IMG/VR virus record: IMGVR_UViG_3300030334_000097
Span: 1-32,506 of that record
DNA: 32,506 nt
Source of the DNA: a virus
Lineage: Duplodnaviria > Caudoviricetes
Reading direction: 5' to 3' (one strand)
In this document: positions 7,707 through 17,582 of the stretch, piece by piece
Numbering within the stretch: the first letter of the stretch is position 1
How the letters are laid out: each line of letters starts with the position of its first letter
The notes under the pieces: generated by a model
The model's database searches: none
What the model was told of the DNA's origin: nothing
What the model saw: only the letters and a program-made list of their open reading frames with translations
Translations under genes and position numbers: made by a program

Positions 7707-8435
7707 TTAGCTACGAATGAGGCGGTCGTAGCGGTAGAGCTCGCGCCAGTAGACGTGGCTGCCGGAGACCGCCACGCGCTGCCCGCCTGCGTATTCCAGC
7801 GGGGCGACGGCATCCGCCGGGTTCTCTAAGCCCAGCAGGGCCGCTTCAATGGCGCGGCGCTGCGCATCCACTTCGGCCTGCTCGGCCACCAGCACCACGG
7901 CGATGTGCTCGGTCACGGTTTGTCGCACGTTCATGGTGCCTAGCCCGTTGGGCGTGGCGTCGGCTTGTACCGGATGGACAAACGCGGCGGGCAACACCGG
8001 AGCGGCCATCGCCATGCTGGTGGCTTGCAGCTCGAAGTGGGCGCGGTATTGGTTTTGGTCGAACTCGTAGTCGGTGGCCGCGTCGGTGATCTCCCACGCG
8101 TCGCTGCCGCTTTGTGCCGCAACGCGCTCGATGAGCTGGGTGCTCATTGTGCGCAGTGGGTCAAACGTGGGTGAACGTAGGCTTAACACGTAGGTATCCA
8201 CACGCCCCAGGCGGTAACCGTCGACTTCAATGCTGCTCTGCCCTGCCAGGTTGTAGACGCCGTTGGTGGCCGGTGCATCCGCTGGTAGGTTGAGCGGCCA
8301 TAGGTGGCTGTTCACTACCGGGTCCACCAGCGTAACCAGCCCGGGCACGGTATCCGCACGGCTGGGGTCGGCATCGCTACTTGGGGCGGCGGTGATGCCT
8401 GCGCCCGTCAGTGCGGTGATCATGCGGTCAATCAT
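7707..8435 (-). CDS. Probable tail completion/terminator protein
   Basis: Between the gp10-like gene and the tail tube gene; ATGA-coupled; assigned by synteny. Confidence 0.55.
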   Translation of the reverse strand: MIDRMITALTGAGITAAPSSDADPSRADTVPGLVTLVDPVVNSHLWPLNLPADAPATNGVYNLAGQSSIEVDGYRLGRVDTYVLSLRSPTFDPLRTMSTQLIERVAAQSGSDAWEITDAATDYEFDQNQYRAHFELQATSMAMAAPVLPAAFVHPVQADATPNGLGTMNVRQTVTEHIAVVLVAEQAEVDAQRRAIEAALLGLENPADAVAPLEYAGGQRVAVSGSHVYWRELYRYDRLIRS

Positions 8436-8884
8436 GCGATAGCCCCTTTGCTACGCTGGCGGTCGAGGTATTTGGCGAGCCCTTCGTAAAATCGCCCGGG
8501 TGTGCCGCTTTGGTGCTGCTGCATGGCGGGCCATAGGAAGGGGTTGGCGTCCATGCGCTCGGTGCCGTGCTCTTGCCATAGGCCTTTGCGGCCCTGCCAG
8601 CGGCCGTTAATACGGCGGTTAGTGCCCACCAGGATGCCGACCTCGCCTGCTTTGAAGCCCAAACGGCTGCGCTGGCGTTTGTTGATGTTGCGGTGACCAA
8701 TCGCCCGGGCCATGTCGCCGCTGTCTGCCGGGGCGAGGCTTTTAGCGGTGCGCTTGACGGGTGCGACGACCGACACCAAGCCCGCCCGGATGGCGCGCTC
8801 TTTGATGTTGTCTTCTAGCGCCTTTAGCTCACGCTGCATGTCTTGCAGGTGAACACCTCTTACCTGCCAATCAAACGAGCTCAT
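8432..8884 (-). CDS. HK97 gp10-family neck/tail protein
   Basis: AKSLAPADSGDMARAI...QEHGTERMDANPFLWPA. Confidence 0.85.
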   Translation of the reverse strand: MSSFDWQVRGVHLQDMQRELKALEDNIKERAIRAGLVSVVAPVKRTAKSLAPADSGDMARAIGHRNINKRQRSRLGFKAGEVGILVGTNRRINGRWQGRKGLWQEHGTERMDANPFLWPAMQQHQSGTPGRFYEGLAKYLDRQRSKGAIA

Positions 8885-9209
8885 GACACATCAACTCCAG
8901 TTCGACGCGCTTGCCGCCTAGATCGATCGGCCTGCCTTCCAACTCATAGGTGGTATCGCCATGGCGTAGGCGTAAGGTTTTGCCTGTGGCAGCGGCGATC
9001 TCTGCCCGGTACCGCATGCGGATACGGGCGGTGGTTTCAGCGTTGGCCTCTTGGGCGGCGAAGAGCGTGCGGCCGCGCAGCTGTTCGACCTCTGCCCACC
9101 GGGGTTTTGGCTCAGGCTGCCACCCTTCTGGGGTCGCGCCTGAGTCGGTGCGTTCCCCTTTTTGCCACCACTCCAGAGTGACGCGGTGGCGGAGTTTTCC
9201 GGCTTGCAT
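8871..9209 (-). CDS. Head closure (stopper) protein, SPP1 gp16-like
   Basis: MQAGKLRHRVTL...WAEVEQLRGRT...RIRMRYR. Confidence 0.9.
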   Translation of the reverse strand: MQAGKLRHRVTLEWWQKGERTDSGATPEGWQPEPKPRWAEVEQLRGRTLFAAQEANAETTARIRMRYRAEIAAATGKTLRLRHGDTTYELEGRPIDLGGKRVELELMCHELV

Positions 9210-9215
9210 AAGGCC

Positions 9216-9551
9216 TCACACGTTGTAGAACTGGTAAGGCTCAATCAATGCCTTTACCGCCATGGGCAGCTCACTGGTGATAGTCCCCACCACGACTGCC
9301 TCACGGTTGGCGTACCAGTGGCCGATCATGAGCAGCATCGCCGTGGATAGATCGTCATCGAGCAGCAGTGCCCGTTCATCTTCGGCGGCGTTCACTTCGT
9401 TGGTGGTGGCATAGATTCGCCGTCCGGTTTTATTCTCGATCAGACGTTGAGCAGCAGTGGCGTAGGTTTCCAGAAGCGCGTCTTCGTCTGATTCGTCCAG
9501 CTCCATACGGCAGTGTTGCTTGATGATCTCAACGTCGAGCATGTCGGGCAC
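9216..9551 (-). CDS. Head-tail connector, HK97 gp6/SPP1 gp15-like
   Basis: IKQHCRM..DEDALL...AMLLMIGHWYANRE...LPMAVKALIEPY. Confidence 0.92.
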   Translation of the reverse strand: MPDMLDVEIIKQHCRMELDESDEDALLETYATAAQRLIENKTGRRIYATTNEVNAAEDERALLLDDDLSTAMLLMIGHWYANREAVVVGTITSELPMAVKALIEPYQFYNV

Positions 9552-9562
9552 CGCTTAGCTGC

Positions 9563-9850
9563 TTACTTCTTGGTGGTGGTTTTCGTCGCCTTAGTGGGCG
9601 GCGGCGGTTGCTGAGCATTCGTCTGAGCGGCTGCCTCTTCGGCGGCTTTGGCTTCCGCCGCTGCTTTGGCCTTGGCTTCTGCCTCTAGCTTTTTCTTTTC
9701 GTCGTCGGTCAGCAGCGTGGCCACTTCGAGATGTTCCACGGCAACGACCGCGCAGCGCTCGGGCACATCGTGAATACCTGGGGCGTAATCGATGACTTCC
9801 TTACCATCTGGCGACCACTGAAAAGACTTGATGACATTAATGGTGGGCAT
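9563..9850 (-). CDS. Hypothetical head-module protein with Ala/Glu/Lys-rich tail
   Basis: GGAGG RBS; between capsid and connector genes. Confidence 0.7.
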   Translation of the reverse strand: MPTINVIKSFQWSPDGKEVIDYAPGIHDVPERCAVVAVEHLEVATLLTDDEKKKLEAEAKAKAAAEAKAAEEAAAQTNAQQPPPPTKATKTTTKK

Positions 9851-9871
9851 GGTTTCCTCCAGCCTGAATAG

Positions 9872-9898
9872 AACAGGCGCTCATTAAGAGCGCCTGTT
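9872..9898 (-). terminator. Hairpin after major capsid gene
   Basis: AACAGGCGCTC-ATTAA-GAGCGCCTGTT perfect 11-bp stem. Confidence 0.6.
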
Positions 9899-9930
9899 AG
9901 TCATTACCATCTTGGTTTTTCAGCCGTGGC

Positions 9931-11136
9931 TTAAGCGGCCGCGCTGAGTGTTAGCACCTTGATGGCTTGGGAGTCGGTGAGCATGCCGCCCACGCGCTTG
10001 GTGGTGTAGAAACCAACGTACGGCTTGTTGGTGTAGGGGTCGCGAAGCACGCGGGTACCGATGCGATCCACGATGGTGTAGCCGCGCTGGTAGTTGCCGA
10101 ATTTCACCGCATGGGCATCAGCTGCAACACCGGGCATGTCTTCGTTTTCCGTGACGCCGTAACCCAGCAGGCTAGACGGCTGCCCTTCCTGCAGGCCTGG
10201 GCGCCACAGGTAGTTGCCCTCGCTGTCTTTCAGGGTGCGCACTTTGAACAGCGTCATCATGTTCAGCATGAACGTAGCGCCCGCACGGTAACCGCGCTTG
10301 GTGCTGTAGATCAGCTTGAGCAGGTCGTCGCCGTCGAAGTCGCCTGCGGTACCAGAGAGGATGTTCTGCAGGGTGCCGAATGGGCGGGTAGCATCGGTCG
10401 TTTGGGCCATTGGGTAGCTGAGAATACCCTTAGGCTTATTGGTGCCATCTCCTAGTAGGAAGGCGGCACCCTCGCGCTCTGCAAACTCAATAGCCACCTC
10501 GCTTTGCAGCCATTGCTCGGCGTTGAAGAAAATATCATCGAGGCTGGTTTGAGTGGCTTGCGGGTTTGCGTAGATCTCACCCATGTGCGCGGCGATCTGC
10601 GCCAGCGTGGGCGTGTTGGTTTGAGGGCGTGCGGCTGTTTCACCTACCCAACCAGAACCAGCGCCACCTAGGTTCACCAGCTTCTTGAAGTCCGGCGTGC
10701 TGACCGTGATGGTGTTGCACACTTGGCGCATGGGTGATTCGTCGCGCAGAAGCTCCAGAATGTTACGGTCGAGCTCTTCCGGCACCGCGTAGCCGCCGTC
10801 ATCATCAGCGCTTGTATTGAGGGCCTTTTGCTCAAGCTCGCGCAAGCCTTCCTCACGACCTTTGCGCACGAAGGATTCAAACGCGGCTTTGTGCTCACTA
10901 GCGCCTTCGCCACCGGTGCGGCCTGGGCGATTGGCAGCCTTTAGGGATTTTTCGAGATCCGCTTTCAGCTGGTCCAGTTCACTCAGCTTCAAGTTCAGGG
11001 CTTCGGTTGTTTCTGACAGCTTGCCCTTTTCTGCTTCGATCGCGTCGATACGCTTATCGTTGCTGGATTTGAACTCGTCGAATCGCTTGCCCAGTTCTTC
11101 AGCGACCTGGGAAACGTCTTTTGCATCAACAGCCAT
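9931..11136 (-). CDS. Major capsid protein, HK97 fold
   Basis: Coiled-coil delta domain, DGGYAVPEE, FLLGDGTNKPKGIL, LKDSEGNYLW, LLGYGV. Confidence 0.96.
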   Translation of the reverse strand: MAVDAKDVSQVAEELGKRFDEFKSSNDKRIDAIEAEKGKLSETTEALNLKLSELDQLKADLEKSLKAANRPGRTGGEGASEHKAAFESFVRKGREEGLRELEQKALNTSADDDGGYAVPEELDRNILELLRDESPMRQVCNTITVSTPDFKKLVNLGGAGSGWVGETAARPQTNTPTLAQIAAHMGEIYANPQATQTSLDDIFFNAEQWLQSEVAIEFAEREGAAFLLGDGTNKPKGILSYPMAQTTDATRPFGTLQNILSGTAGDFDGDDLLKLIYSTKRGYRAGATFMLNMMTLFKVRTLKDSEGNYLWRPGLQEGQPSSLLGYGVTENEDMPGVAADAHAVKFGNYQRGYTIVDRIGTRVLRDPYTNKPYVGFYTTKRVGGMLTDSQAIKVLTLSAAA

Positions 11137-11800
11137 GTGAGGCTCCTTTCATTTTTTCAAGTAGAGCGTTGAGAGAGGAAAGCGCTAATTCCGCCTCCGC
11201 ATCACGCGGCTGGATGGCGCTGTAGCCAGAGGACATAAATCCTTTGGCCTGAGAACGAGAAAGCCCTACTTCTCGCAGGGCTTTTTCGAGCTCGCTGGGC
11301 CGGGGCATTTCGCCTCGCGCCAGCTGATTCTTTACGTTTGAGATCCGGGCTTCGTCGTTGGCAGGAAACGTGACCAGCGAGACCTCCCATAGGTCGATCT
11401 CTTTGAGCAGGAAAACCTCTTTATCTCGGTCGTATTCCCACTCTTTGAGCATGAAGCCGATGGATAGACCGCTGAGGCTGCCCGCCTTCATGTGCCCATG
11501 GGCACGGCGGGCTAGCGGGTCGTCTTCCACCAGTAGCCGGCCTTTTACGTATAGACCTTGCTCGTCTTCCTTCATTTCGGTGTAGATGCCGATGGGCTCT
11601 TGCATGTTGTGCTGCCAGAGCATGGCGGGTAAGCGGCCTTGTTGTTGCCAGCGGGCAAGGCTGGCTTGAAAGGCACCTGGCATTACCACGTCGTCGTAGC
11701 TGTCTTGATTGCCGAAAATCGAGCCATAGCCCTCAAACTCGCCCGCATCGTTCACGGCCTTGATCGTCAAGGGCGCATCAAAGCGCTGCTTGGTGCTCAT
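11126..11800 (-). CDS. HK97-family prohead protease
   Basis: FEGYGSIFGNQDSYDD, MLWQH, GLSIGF, LWEVSLVTFPAN. Confidence 0.95.
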   Translation of the reverse strand: MSTKQRFDAPLTIKAVNDAGEFEGYGSIFGNQDSYDDVVMPGAFQASLARWQQQGRLPAMLWQHNMQEPIGIYTEMKEDEQGLYVKGRLLVEDDPLARRAHGHMKAGSLSGLSIGFMLKEWEYDRDKEVFLLKEIDLWEVSLVTFPANDEARISNVKNQLARGEMPRPSELEKALREVGLSRSQAKGFMSSGYSAIQPRDAEAELALSSLNALLEKMKGASHGC

Positions 11801-11934
11801 TGCTGTTTATCCTCGATGGGGTGGCGGCGGCTAGGCTGGATTAAACCGCCCTGAATGGCTTGGCGGCGGATGGACTCATGCCGCGCTTTTGGCTGTGCGC
11901 TCTTTGGGCGCTCAGGTGTTTGGCGTTCCTTCAC
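11797..11934 (-). CDS. 45-aa basic mini-ORF between portal and protease (not in track)
   Basis: GAGGG RBS + GTG; [45 protein letters not shown]; TGA overlaps the protease ATG (ATGA). Confidence 0.5.
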   Translation of the reverse strand: MKERQTPERPKSAQPKARHESIRRQAIQGGLIQPSRRHPIEDKQQ

Positions 11935-13129
11935 TGTTTGCGCCCTCGGGGTTGGTGGTCATGTTGGTAGGCGTGAGGTACACATCGCCGCCTTCGCGGT
12001 CGTTGAGGTCTTCCAGTTCGCGGCAGTCGTTGGGGCTTAGGATTCCCCACTGAATGCCACGGCCATAGCTTTCATACCGGGCTTTTAAATCCCCGCGCAG
12101 CAGCGCCCCTGTGTTGAACTTGGCGTAATAACGGCTCTGCTCTTGCGGCTCCATGAGCCCAACCTGCACCCGCTTTTCAATGCGTGTGAGGTATGGCACT
12201 AGCGAGTAGTTAACGAAGTTGAGGCCCTGGTGCTCGATATTGGAGAAGGTGGCGCGCTCCATGTTGGCCACCAGGTGTGGCGGTACGCGGAAGATGGCGC
12301 AGATCTCATCACGCTGGAATTTGCGGGTTTCGAGGAACTGACTGTCTTCTGCGTTGAGCGAGATCGGCTGCCACTTCAAGCCGCCTTCCAGAATCATGGG
12401 CTTGTGGTTATTGGCTAGGCCACCGTGGCGCTCTTCAAAGTCGCTCTTCAGGCGCTTGTACGCTGCATCTGACAACGTCTGCTCAGTTGCCAACACGCCT
12501 GTCGTGACCGCGCCGTTACGAAACAAACGCGCGCCGTGCTCTTCGGTATCGAGTCCTAAGGCAATCGCCTCTCTGGCATACGCCACAGGGTTGAGCCCCA
12601 CCAATCCATCGAGCGTCATTAGACGTACATGCCATACCTGATCTTGGCCGAGCACGTCTGTTGTGCCGTCCTTGAAGGTGACGCGGTAAACCGGGTTCCA
12701 CTGGGAATCCAGCTTTGGCTCAACTGATCCGGGATCAAGCGGGAGTAGCTCAGAGACTCGGTCACCCAAGCCCTTCACCTTGTAGGCGTAGAAGTTGCCT
12801 CTTAGGCATAGGCATGCAATCAGCAGCTCCCAAAACTCCTGCGAAGTCATGTAGTCGTTCGGGGCAACGTTCAGCAGCCGGTAAAGCGGGTGGCTCTGGG
12901 CAGGCAGTCGCGTACGTCCGTTCTGCTCCATTAAGCGGCACGGCAGCATGCCGACCGACTCAGACAACACCCGCACACAACCGAACACGGTAGAGAGCCG
13001 CATGGCTTGGCCACCCGATACCCGACGCCCGCTAATCGAGTCGTAGGTAACGCCAAGCTCTTCAGCGAGCGCCTGGGGCGTATCAATGGCCGTGCTCTTG
13101 CGGCTGAATAGCTTGGAGAGAAATTTCAT
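11912..13129 (-). CDS. Portal protein, HK97 family
   Basis: [60 protein letters not shown]. Confidence 0.96.
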   Translation of the reverse strand: MKFLSKLFSRKSTAIDTPQALAEELGVTYDSISGRRVSGGQAMRLSTVFGCVRVLSESVGMLPCRLMEQNGRTRLPAQSHPLYRLLNVAPNDYMTSQEFWELLIACLCLRGNFYAYKVKGLGDRVSELLPLDPGSVEPKLDSQWNPVYRVTFKDGTTDVLGQDQVWHVRLMTLDGLVGLNPVAYAREAIALGLDTEEHGARLFRNGAVTTGVLATEQTLSDAAYKRLKSDFEERHGGLANNHKPMILEGGLKWQPISLNAEDSQFLETRKFQRDEICAIFRVPPHLVANMERATFSNIEHQGLNFVNYSLVPYLTRIEKRVQVGLMEPQEQSRYYAKFNTGALLRGDLKARYESYGRGIQWGILSPNDCRELEDLNDREGGDVYLTPTNMTTNPEGANSEGTPNT

Positions 13130-14838
13130 AGGGTGCGTATGCCATGTTCTTCAAGGTGGTCTGAAAGGTCATCTTCTTGAGGTGTCATGGCGCGCCCGAT
13201 GGCCATGATCAGCGCTACCGCGCCATCAATCTTGTTGTGATCCCCCTGTTTGATGGGCCTCATCACGTCGTCATTCCCAGGCATATATTTCGCCACCACG
13301 TTACCCACGCACCACGTTAGGATGGGGTGGCCATCGTGGTGAAAGCGCCCGGTGAGAATGGCGGCTTCCAATTCCTTCATGGGGTCAGATAGGTTCTTGT
13401 AGCCCTGTTGAATCGTGATTGGGCTTAGGCCTGCATCGTCTAATTGGTGCGAGAGGTTGGCCGCGCCGTGCGGGTCAATCGCGGATTCTGTTGCAGGGGC
13501 TAATAGATGCGCCTCGGTCGCTTGCGCCAGTACTTCGCGGTAGTCGATCTCTGCGCCGTCGGTGGCTTCGAGCACTTGCGCCTCTACCCAGCCTTGGTAC
13601 CTTTCCGCTACTCGCCGCTCGTCGTTGTTGAACACGGTTTCTTCTGGCACCCAGAACGTTGGGCTAATGCAGTAGTAATGAGTTTTGCCGTCGATCTGTT
13701 TGACGAACACGCGGACCATGCCGGTGAGGTCAAGCTTTCTCGCAAGGTCAAAGCCGTAGTAGCAGTCTTCGCCGCGGAACTGCTCAAGGGTGAGCGTGCG
13801 GTCTTCGCACTTGCGCCAAGCTTCCATGTTGAAGAAGCCGCCCTTTGACGACACCCAGATATTGAGATGTTTCGTCTTGTACTTATTGGCAAGGCGAGCG
13901 CGTGCCACTGCCTTGTCACGCTGACTGCGCAGGTAGTCCAGCTTTACGGACACCCCAGCATTGGGGTTGGCCTTCAAAATCGCTTCGTCAGTGGTCCAGT
14001 CGTCGCCTTCATCGATGGTGTAGATGATGGCAAACAGCTCATCATCTACGCTGATACCCGCCAGCATTTCGATGGCACGGTCGCGCATTTCGTAACAGGG
14101 TCCGGCTACATCGAAACCTGCCGTTGTTATTACCCAGACAAGCGGCTGCGAACGCGCGCCCATGCCCGTGATCATGGTGTCGTAAAGGCGTGAGTCGACG
14201 TGTTCGTGGTACTCATCAATCAATGAGAGTGATGGGCTGGACCCGTCGCCAGGATCACCGATCACCGGCTCGAATACGCTGCCATCAGTGCGCTGCAGCT
14301 TCTTAGCCCAGGGCACAATGCCAAAGCGTTTGCGCAAACTCGGCAGACGCTGGGCCATCTTTAGCGCTGGCCTAAATACCTCCCAGGCTTGTTTCTCGCT
14401 TGTCGCGCCGCAGTAGACCTCAGCTCCGTATTCATTATCTGCACAGAACGCGTAAAGCCCGGCGCCAGCCACCTTGATCGACTTCCCGTTCTTGCGCGGC
14501 ACTTCTTCGTAAACCTCACGGAAGCGACGCAGGCCGTCAGCTTTGCGAACCCAGCCGAAGACCATGGCAAGGCTGAACAGCTGCCATGGCTCAAGCGTGA
14601 TGCGCTGGTTACCTCGCGCCCACTCGCCTTTGGTGTGGGGTAGTAACTGGACGAACTTGCACACCCGCTCGGCTTTGTCCCGGTCGAATCGATACGGGTA
14701 GCTTTTCGCCTTGCTGGCTTTTACATCGTTGAGGTGCCGAGCGCAGGCCTGCTTAACGTAAAGGCATGCGGGGATCTTGCCGCCCACCACGTCTCGCGCG
14801 TACTTCTGCGCCGCGTTGACGTTGGGATATGCGGCCAT
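13126..14838 (-). CDS. terL: Terminase large subunit
   Basis: LEPWQ, Walker A VPRKNGKS, Walker [28 protein letters not shown]. Confidence 0.96.
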   Translation of the reverse strand: MAAYPNVNAAQKYARDVVGGKIPACLYVKQACARHLNDVKASKAKSYPYRFDRDKAERVCKFVQLLPHTKGEWARGNQRITLEPWQLFSLAMVFGWVRKADGLRRFREVYEEVPRKNGKSIKVAGAGLYAFCADNEYGAEVYCGATSEKQAWEVFRPALKMAQRLPSLRKRFGIVPWAKKLQRTDGSVFEPVIGDPGDGSSPSLSLIDEYHEHVDSRLYDTMITGMGARSQPLVWVITTAGFDVAGPCYEMRDRAIEMLAGISVDDELFAIIYTIDEGDDWTTDEAILKANPNAGVSVKLDYLRSQRDKAVARARLANKYKTKHLNIWVSSKGGFFNMEAWRKCEDRTLTLEQFRGEDCYYGFDLARKLDLTGMVRVFVKQIDGKTHYYCISPTFWVPEETVFNNDERRVAERYQGWVEAQVLEATDGAEIDYREVLAQATEAHLLAPATESAIDPHGAANLSHQLDDAGLSPITIQQGYKNLSDPMKELEAAILTGRFHHDGHPILTWCVGNVVAKYMPGNDDVMRPIKQGDHNKIDGAVALIMAIGRAMTPQEDDLSDHLEEHGIRTL

Positions 14839-14841
14839 AGA

Positions 14842-15288
14842 TTAGAACTCGTCGAATTCGTTACCCTCTTCGCCCCCACCGTCACCGCTGCCAGCACCCA
14901 GCATGCGCAGGCGCGTTAGGGGATCGAGGCCGAGCAATGAGCCGAAGCGCGAAAATTGCTGTGCATATTTTGAGTGCGCGTTAATGAGTGGATTCATCTT
15001 GGTGCTGCCATCTGCTGTGGGCACCGTTAAACCTTGCTCGTTAATTTCAATGTCAGCATCAAGCATCCGCTGGAAAGCATTGCAGTAATGTTGAAGCAGT
15101 GGCGCGTCTTCTATCTCGAAGGTGCCGCGTTCGATGAGCACCTTTGATTGCTGCTTCCACATTTTTACAGCAGCGGGTCCAACCAATTCTTCCGGCGGGT
15201 TAATTCTCGTCAGCGAGCTTTTATGCTGGCTGGTCGTTTTCGGTTTTCGGCCTCCACCTGAAGCGCGAACGGGAGCATTGTTGTTCAC
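14842..15288 (-). CDS. terS: Terminase small subunit, P27 family
   Basis: GGGRKPK, PPEEL, YCNAF, KMNPL, LGLDPLTRLR. Confidence 0.9.
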   Translation of the reverse strand: MNNNAPVRASGGGRKPKTTSQHKSSLTRINPPEELVGPAAVKMWKQQSKVLIERGTFEIEDAPLLQHYCNAFQRMLDADIEINEQGLTVPTADGSTKMNPLINAHSKYAQQFSRFGSLLGLDPLTRLRMLGAGSGDGGGEEGNEFDEF

Positions 15289-15289
15289 C

Positions 15290-15393
15290 TCACCCCCTCC
15301 AAAAAAGTTTCGTTATTTCTCGCGTAAAAAAATAAGCCTGAGGGTGCGGTGTCCGCTGGCGAGGCCTGTAGAGATTTGCCCCCCCTCCCCCTG
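15290..15393. other. Probable cos region
   Basis: Non-coding gap between HNH and terS with G-run, GC-rich core (GCGGACACCGC) and T-runs, as in HNH-associated cos phages; exact cut site not determinable. Confidence 0.6.
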
Positions 15394-15759
15394 TCAGCCG
15401 CCGCGCTGCCGTGCGCGTAGCGACTCCTGCTGCGTCTTGGCCTTGTGGCAAGGCCCACACAAGGCCTCAAGGTTGGAGGGCACAGTCGGCCCGCCTTCGG
15501 CCTCTGGCTTGATGTGGTCGACCGACTCAAACGGCGTCGCTCTGCCTTGCCGCTTGCACTCTTGGCACAGGTAGCGGTCTCGCTCTGCCACTGCATCACG
15601 CATGCGGCGCCAGGCGCGACCACCACGACCACGTGCCGCACGGCCTCGGCTCCACGCTTTGGCCTGGTCGGCATGCTCATCGCAGTAGCCATGGGCATGG
15701 CGCGTAGTGCGGCGGCAGAGCTTGTCACGGCAGGGTGTGGGGGTGCGGGCTGGCATCAT
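15394..15759 (-). CDS. HNH endonuclease, HK97 gp74-like terminase cofactor
   Basis: RDRYLCQEC...VDHIKP..EGG...NLEALCGPCHKAKT; upstream of terS. Confidence 0.92.
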   Translation of the reverse strand: MMPARTPTPCRDKLCRRTTRHAHGYCDEHADQAKAWSRGRAARGRGGRAWRRMRDAVAERDRYLCQECKRQGRATPFESVDHIKPEAEGGPTVPSNLEALCGPCHKAKTQQESLRARQRGG

Positions 15760-15938
15760 TCAATCTCGTCAGAGTCGAGGAACTGCGGCCCACCTGCGCC
15801 GTAGTCCGTTACGTCAACGTCTTGAGAGAGCAGGTAGTCGACAACCTGCCGATTGCTCTCTGTCAGCCGATTGATCGCCTCGGTCTGGGCCTGTAGGGCA
15901 GCGACTAGGGCCTGCATTTCGCTGGACTCACTCATCAT
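15756..15938 (-). CDS. Small acidic hypothetical protein
   Basis: GAGGTGG RBS before ATG 15938; ATGA-coupled to HNH. Confidence 0.6.
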   Translation of the reverse strand: MMSESSEMQALVAALQAQTEAINRLTESNRQVVDYLLSQDVDVTDYGAGGPQFLDSDEIE

Positions 15939-16209
15939 CGCCACCTCGATCACCTGCACCGACTATCTCAACCACCGCCACGCGATCCGCGTTGGCCCGT
16001 CGCCTTAGCGCCTCATACTCCGCCAGCAGCAACAACAGCCCACGATTGCTATTGAGGATCAGGCCCGGGGCGGGTAGCTCGCTCACCAGGTGATGCGGCA
16101 CCGTCGGGTAGTCGCACACCATCGCGGGCGCTGGGGTGCTGGAGCTCGCGCAGCCAGCCACGGATGCCATCAGGCAGGCCATCGTCAAGCCAATCACGAG
16201 CTTCCGCAT
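15928..16209 (-). CDS. Outer-membrane spanin lipoprotein (Rz1-like)
   Basis: MRKLVIGLTMACLMASVAG-C lipobox; Pro-rich; overlaps the 3' half of the i-spanin in another frame. Confidence 0.8.
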   Translation of the reverse strand: MRKLVIGLTMACLMASVAGCASSSTPAPAMVCDYPTVPHHLVSELPAPGLILNSNRGLLLLLAEYEALRRRANADRVAVVEIVGAGDRGGDDE

Positions 16210-16510
16210 CAGTTTCTCCCAGTCGTTCCAGCGCGGCCGTGCTGGCGCGCATGTCGTCGGCAATGATGGTAAGGGCGCGGTCGCGCTCGGCCAGTGCCGT
16301 ATTCAGGGTCTGGATCTGCTGGCGCTGCCACTGCTGGTGGCGCTTCAGTATCTCGGCGCGGCCATCGGCATGCTCAGCCTGCATGACTGCACGGTCGCGC
16401 TCTGCAGCCACCCGCTGTGTGTACTGATACTGGAATACAGAAAGACCTATCAGTACCGCCAACAGCCAGGGCGTGACACCACCCAGCAAGCGTCCGATCA
16501 TTTCAGCCAC
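16049..16510 (-). CDS. Inner-membrane spanin (Rz-like)
   Basis: N-terminal TM helix, coiled coil, WLDDGLPDGIR motif. Confidence 0.8.
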   Translation of the reverse strand: MAEMIGRLLGGVTPWLLAVLIGLSVFQYQYTQRVAAERDRAVMQAEHADGRAEILKRHQQWQRQQIQTLNTALAERDRALTIIADDMRASTAALERLGETDAEARDWLDDGLPDGIRGWLRELQHPSARDGVRLPDGAASPGERATRPGPDPQ

Positions 16511-16821
16511 CTGCCGATGACCTTCTCGTATAGCGCGTCGATGCGGTCACGCACCCACTCAACGCCTAAGAACGCGATAGCTGCGCCTATAGCGATTGCC
16601 ATATCTTGCGGCATGCCCAGGTACGCAAGCAGCGGCATTAACGCCAACGTAAGAAACCCGCACAGCACCGCTTCCAACAAACTCTTCATGGGTCGGCCTC
16701 CCGCATGGATGGCGCGCACCAGAGCGATCAGCATTGCCAGACCCGCCGCGTAGATCTGAGGCCACAGGCTCAGCACTACGTTTAACAGCGCCTGCCAGTT
16801 GTTAGGGTCTCGGTTGGGCAT
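16498..16821 (-). CDS. Holin, lambda S-like family
   Basis: MPNRDPNNW...three hydrophobic segments, SLLEAVLCG, IAFLGVEWVR; start uncertain (upstream starts up to 16857). Confidence 0.85.
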   Translation of the reverse strand: MPNRDPNNWQALLNVVLSLWPQIYAAGLAMLIALVRAIHAGGRPMKSLLEAVLCGFLTLALMPLLAYLGMPQDMAIAIGAAIAFLGVEWVRDRIDALYEKVIGRWLK

Positions 16822-16875
16822 TGCGTCAGGCTCTTTATTTGAGTGCATGTTGGCCACCTCAGCGGCCGATAGTGT

Positions 16876-17427
16876 TTAAGAGGCGCGGCGCTTCAGTAGC
16901 GCCTGCTCGTACCAAGTCTTGTCGGCGTCACACAGCACGCCCTTCGCCCGCTGGTATTCATAAAGCAGGCGCTCCAATGAATATTCGTGCTGGCCATAAC
17001 CGGCCCCAGGCAGTGACGCCCAGATATTCCGGCACCGATGGATAGCGTCAGCAATGCGCCCCTCTTGAATCATCAGCAACGCCTTCTGCTCGCGTATCTG
17101 CTGGATTGCGCAGCGATCTTGGCTCAATGGGCCAAAATCCGGCAGGCTTAGCTGATCTCGATAATGGTTCCAGTACCGGCTTAGCTGCTGATAACGCCCT
17201 GCAGCGGTTGAGCTAAGCCCCTTCCGGATTTTTACCAGCTTGCGCGGGTGGTCGGCATAGCCATCCATGAGGATCAACTTGCCGGGTAATGACCCAACGA
17301 TGACCCGATACCCGTTATCGGTACGCGGGTCGCTCAGCATGGGCTTGCCGATCTCGGCAAACGCCAAGGTGTCGAGAAAGGCGCACACGTTGACGCCGCC
17401 CGCTTGGGCAGGGGTGATAACAGGCAT
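16876..17427 (-). CDS. Endolysin, lambda R-like lytic transglycosylase
   Basis: AFLDTLAFAE, YADHP, STAAGRYQ, DFGPLSQD, WASLPGAGYGQHE. Confidence 0.93.
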   Translation of the reverse strand: MPVITPAQAGGVNVCAFLDTLAFAEIGKPMLSDPRTDNGYRVIVGSLPGKLILMDGYADHPRKLVKIRKGLSSTAAGRYQQLSRYWNHYRDQLSLPDFGPLSQDRCAIQQIREQKALLMIQEGRIADAIHRCRNIWASLPGAGYGQHEYSLERLLYEYQRAKGVLCDADKTWYEQALLKRRAS

Positions 17428-17498
17428 GGGCGGTCACTTGATGGAAGAAAAGGCCCGCACGAAGGGGCAAAGCGAAGCCCAGGCGGCAACGCATGAAA

Positions 17499-17574
17499 TG
17501 GTAGCGGCGGCGGGAATCGAACCCGCTATCTCCGGGATATGAGCCCGGCAACCAGCCAGTGGTCCACAGCCGCT
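17499..17574 (-). tRNA. tRNA with CAU anticodon, initiator (fMet)-like, atypical acceptor stem
   Basis: AGCGGC(T)G TG GACC ACTGGCT GGTT G CCGGG CTCATAT CCCGG AGATA GCGGG TTCGATT CCCGC CGCCGCT A CCA; encoded CCA end. Confidence 0.85.
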
Positions 17575-17582
17575 AGAAACGC

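Noticed and set aside
15394-15759. HNH as a homing endonuclease or defence nuclease
   Set aside because: Size and position next to cos/terS fit the gp74-like packaging cofactor
17315-17551. 78-aa and 91-aa ORFs upstream of the endolysin
   Set aside because: They overlap the tRNA gene and the endolysin; no coding support
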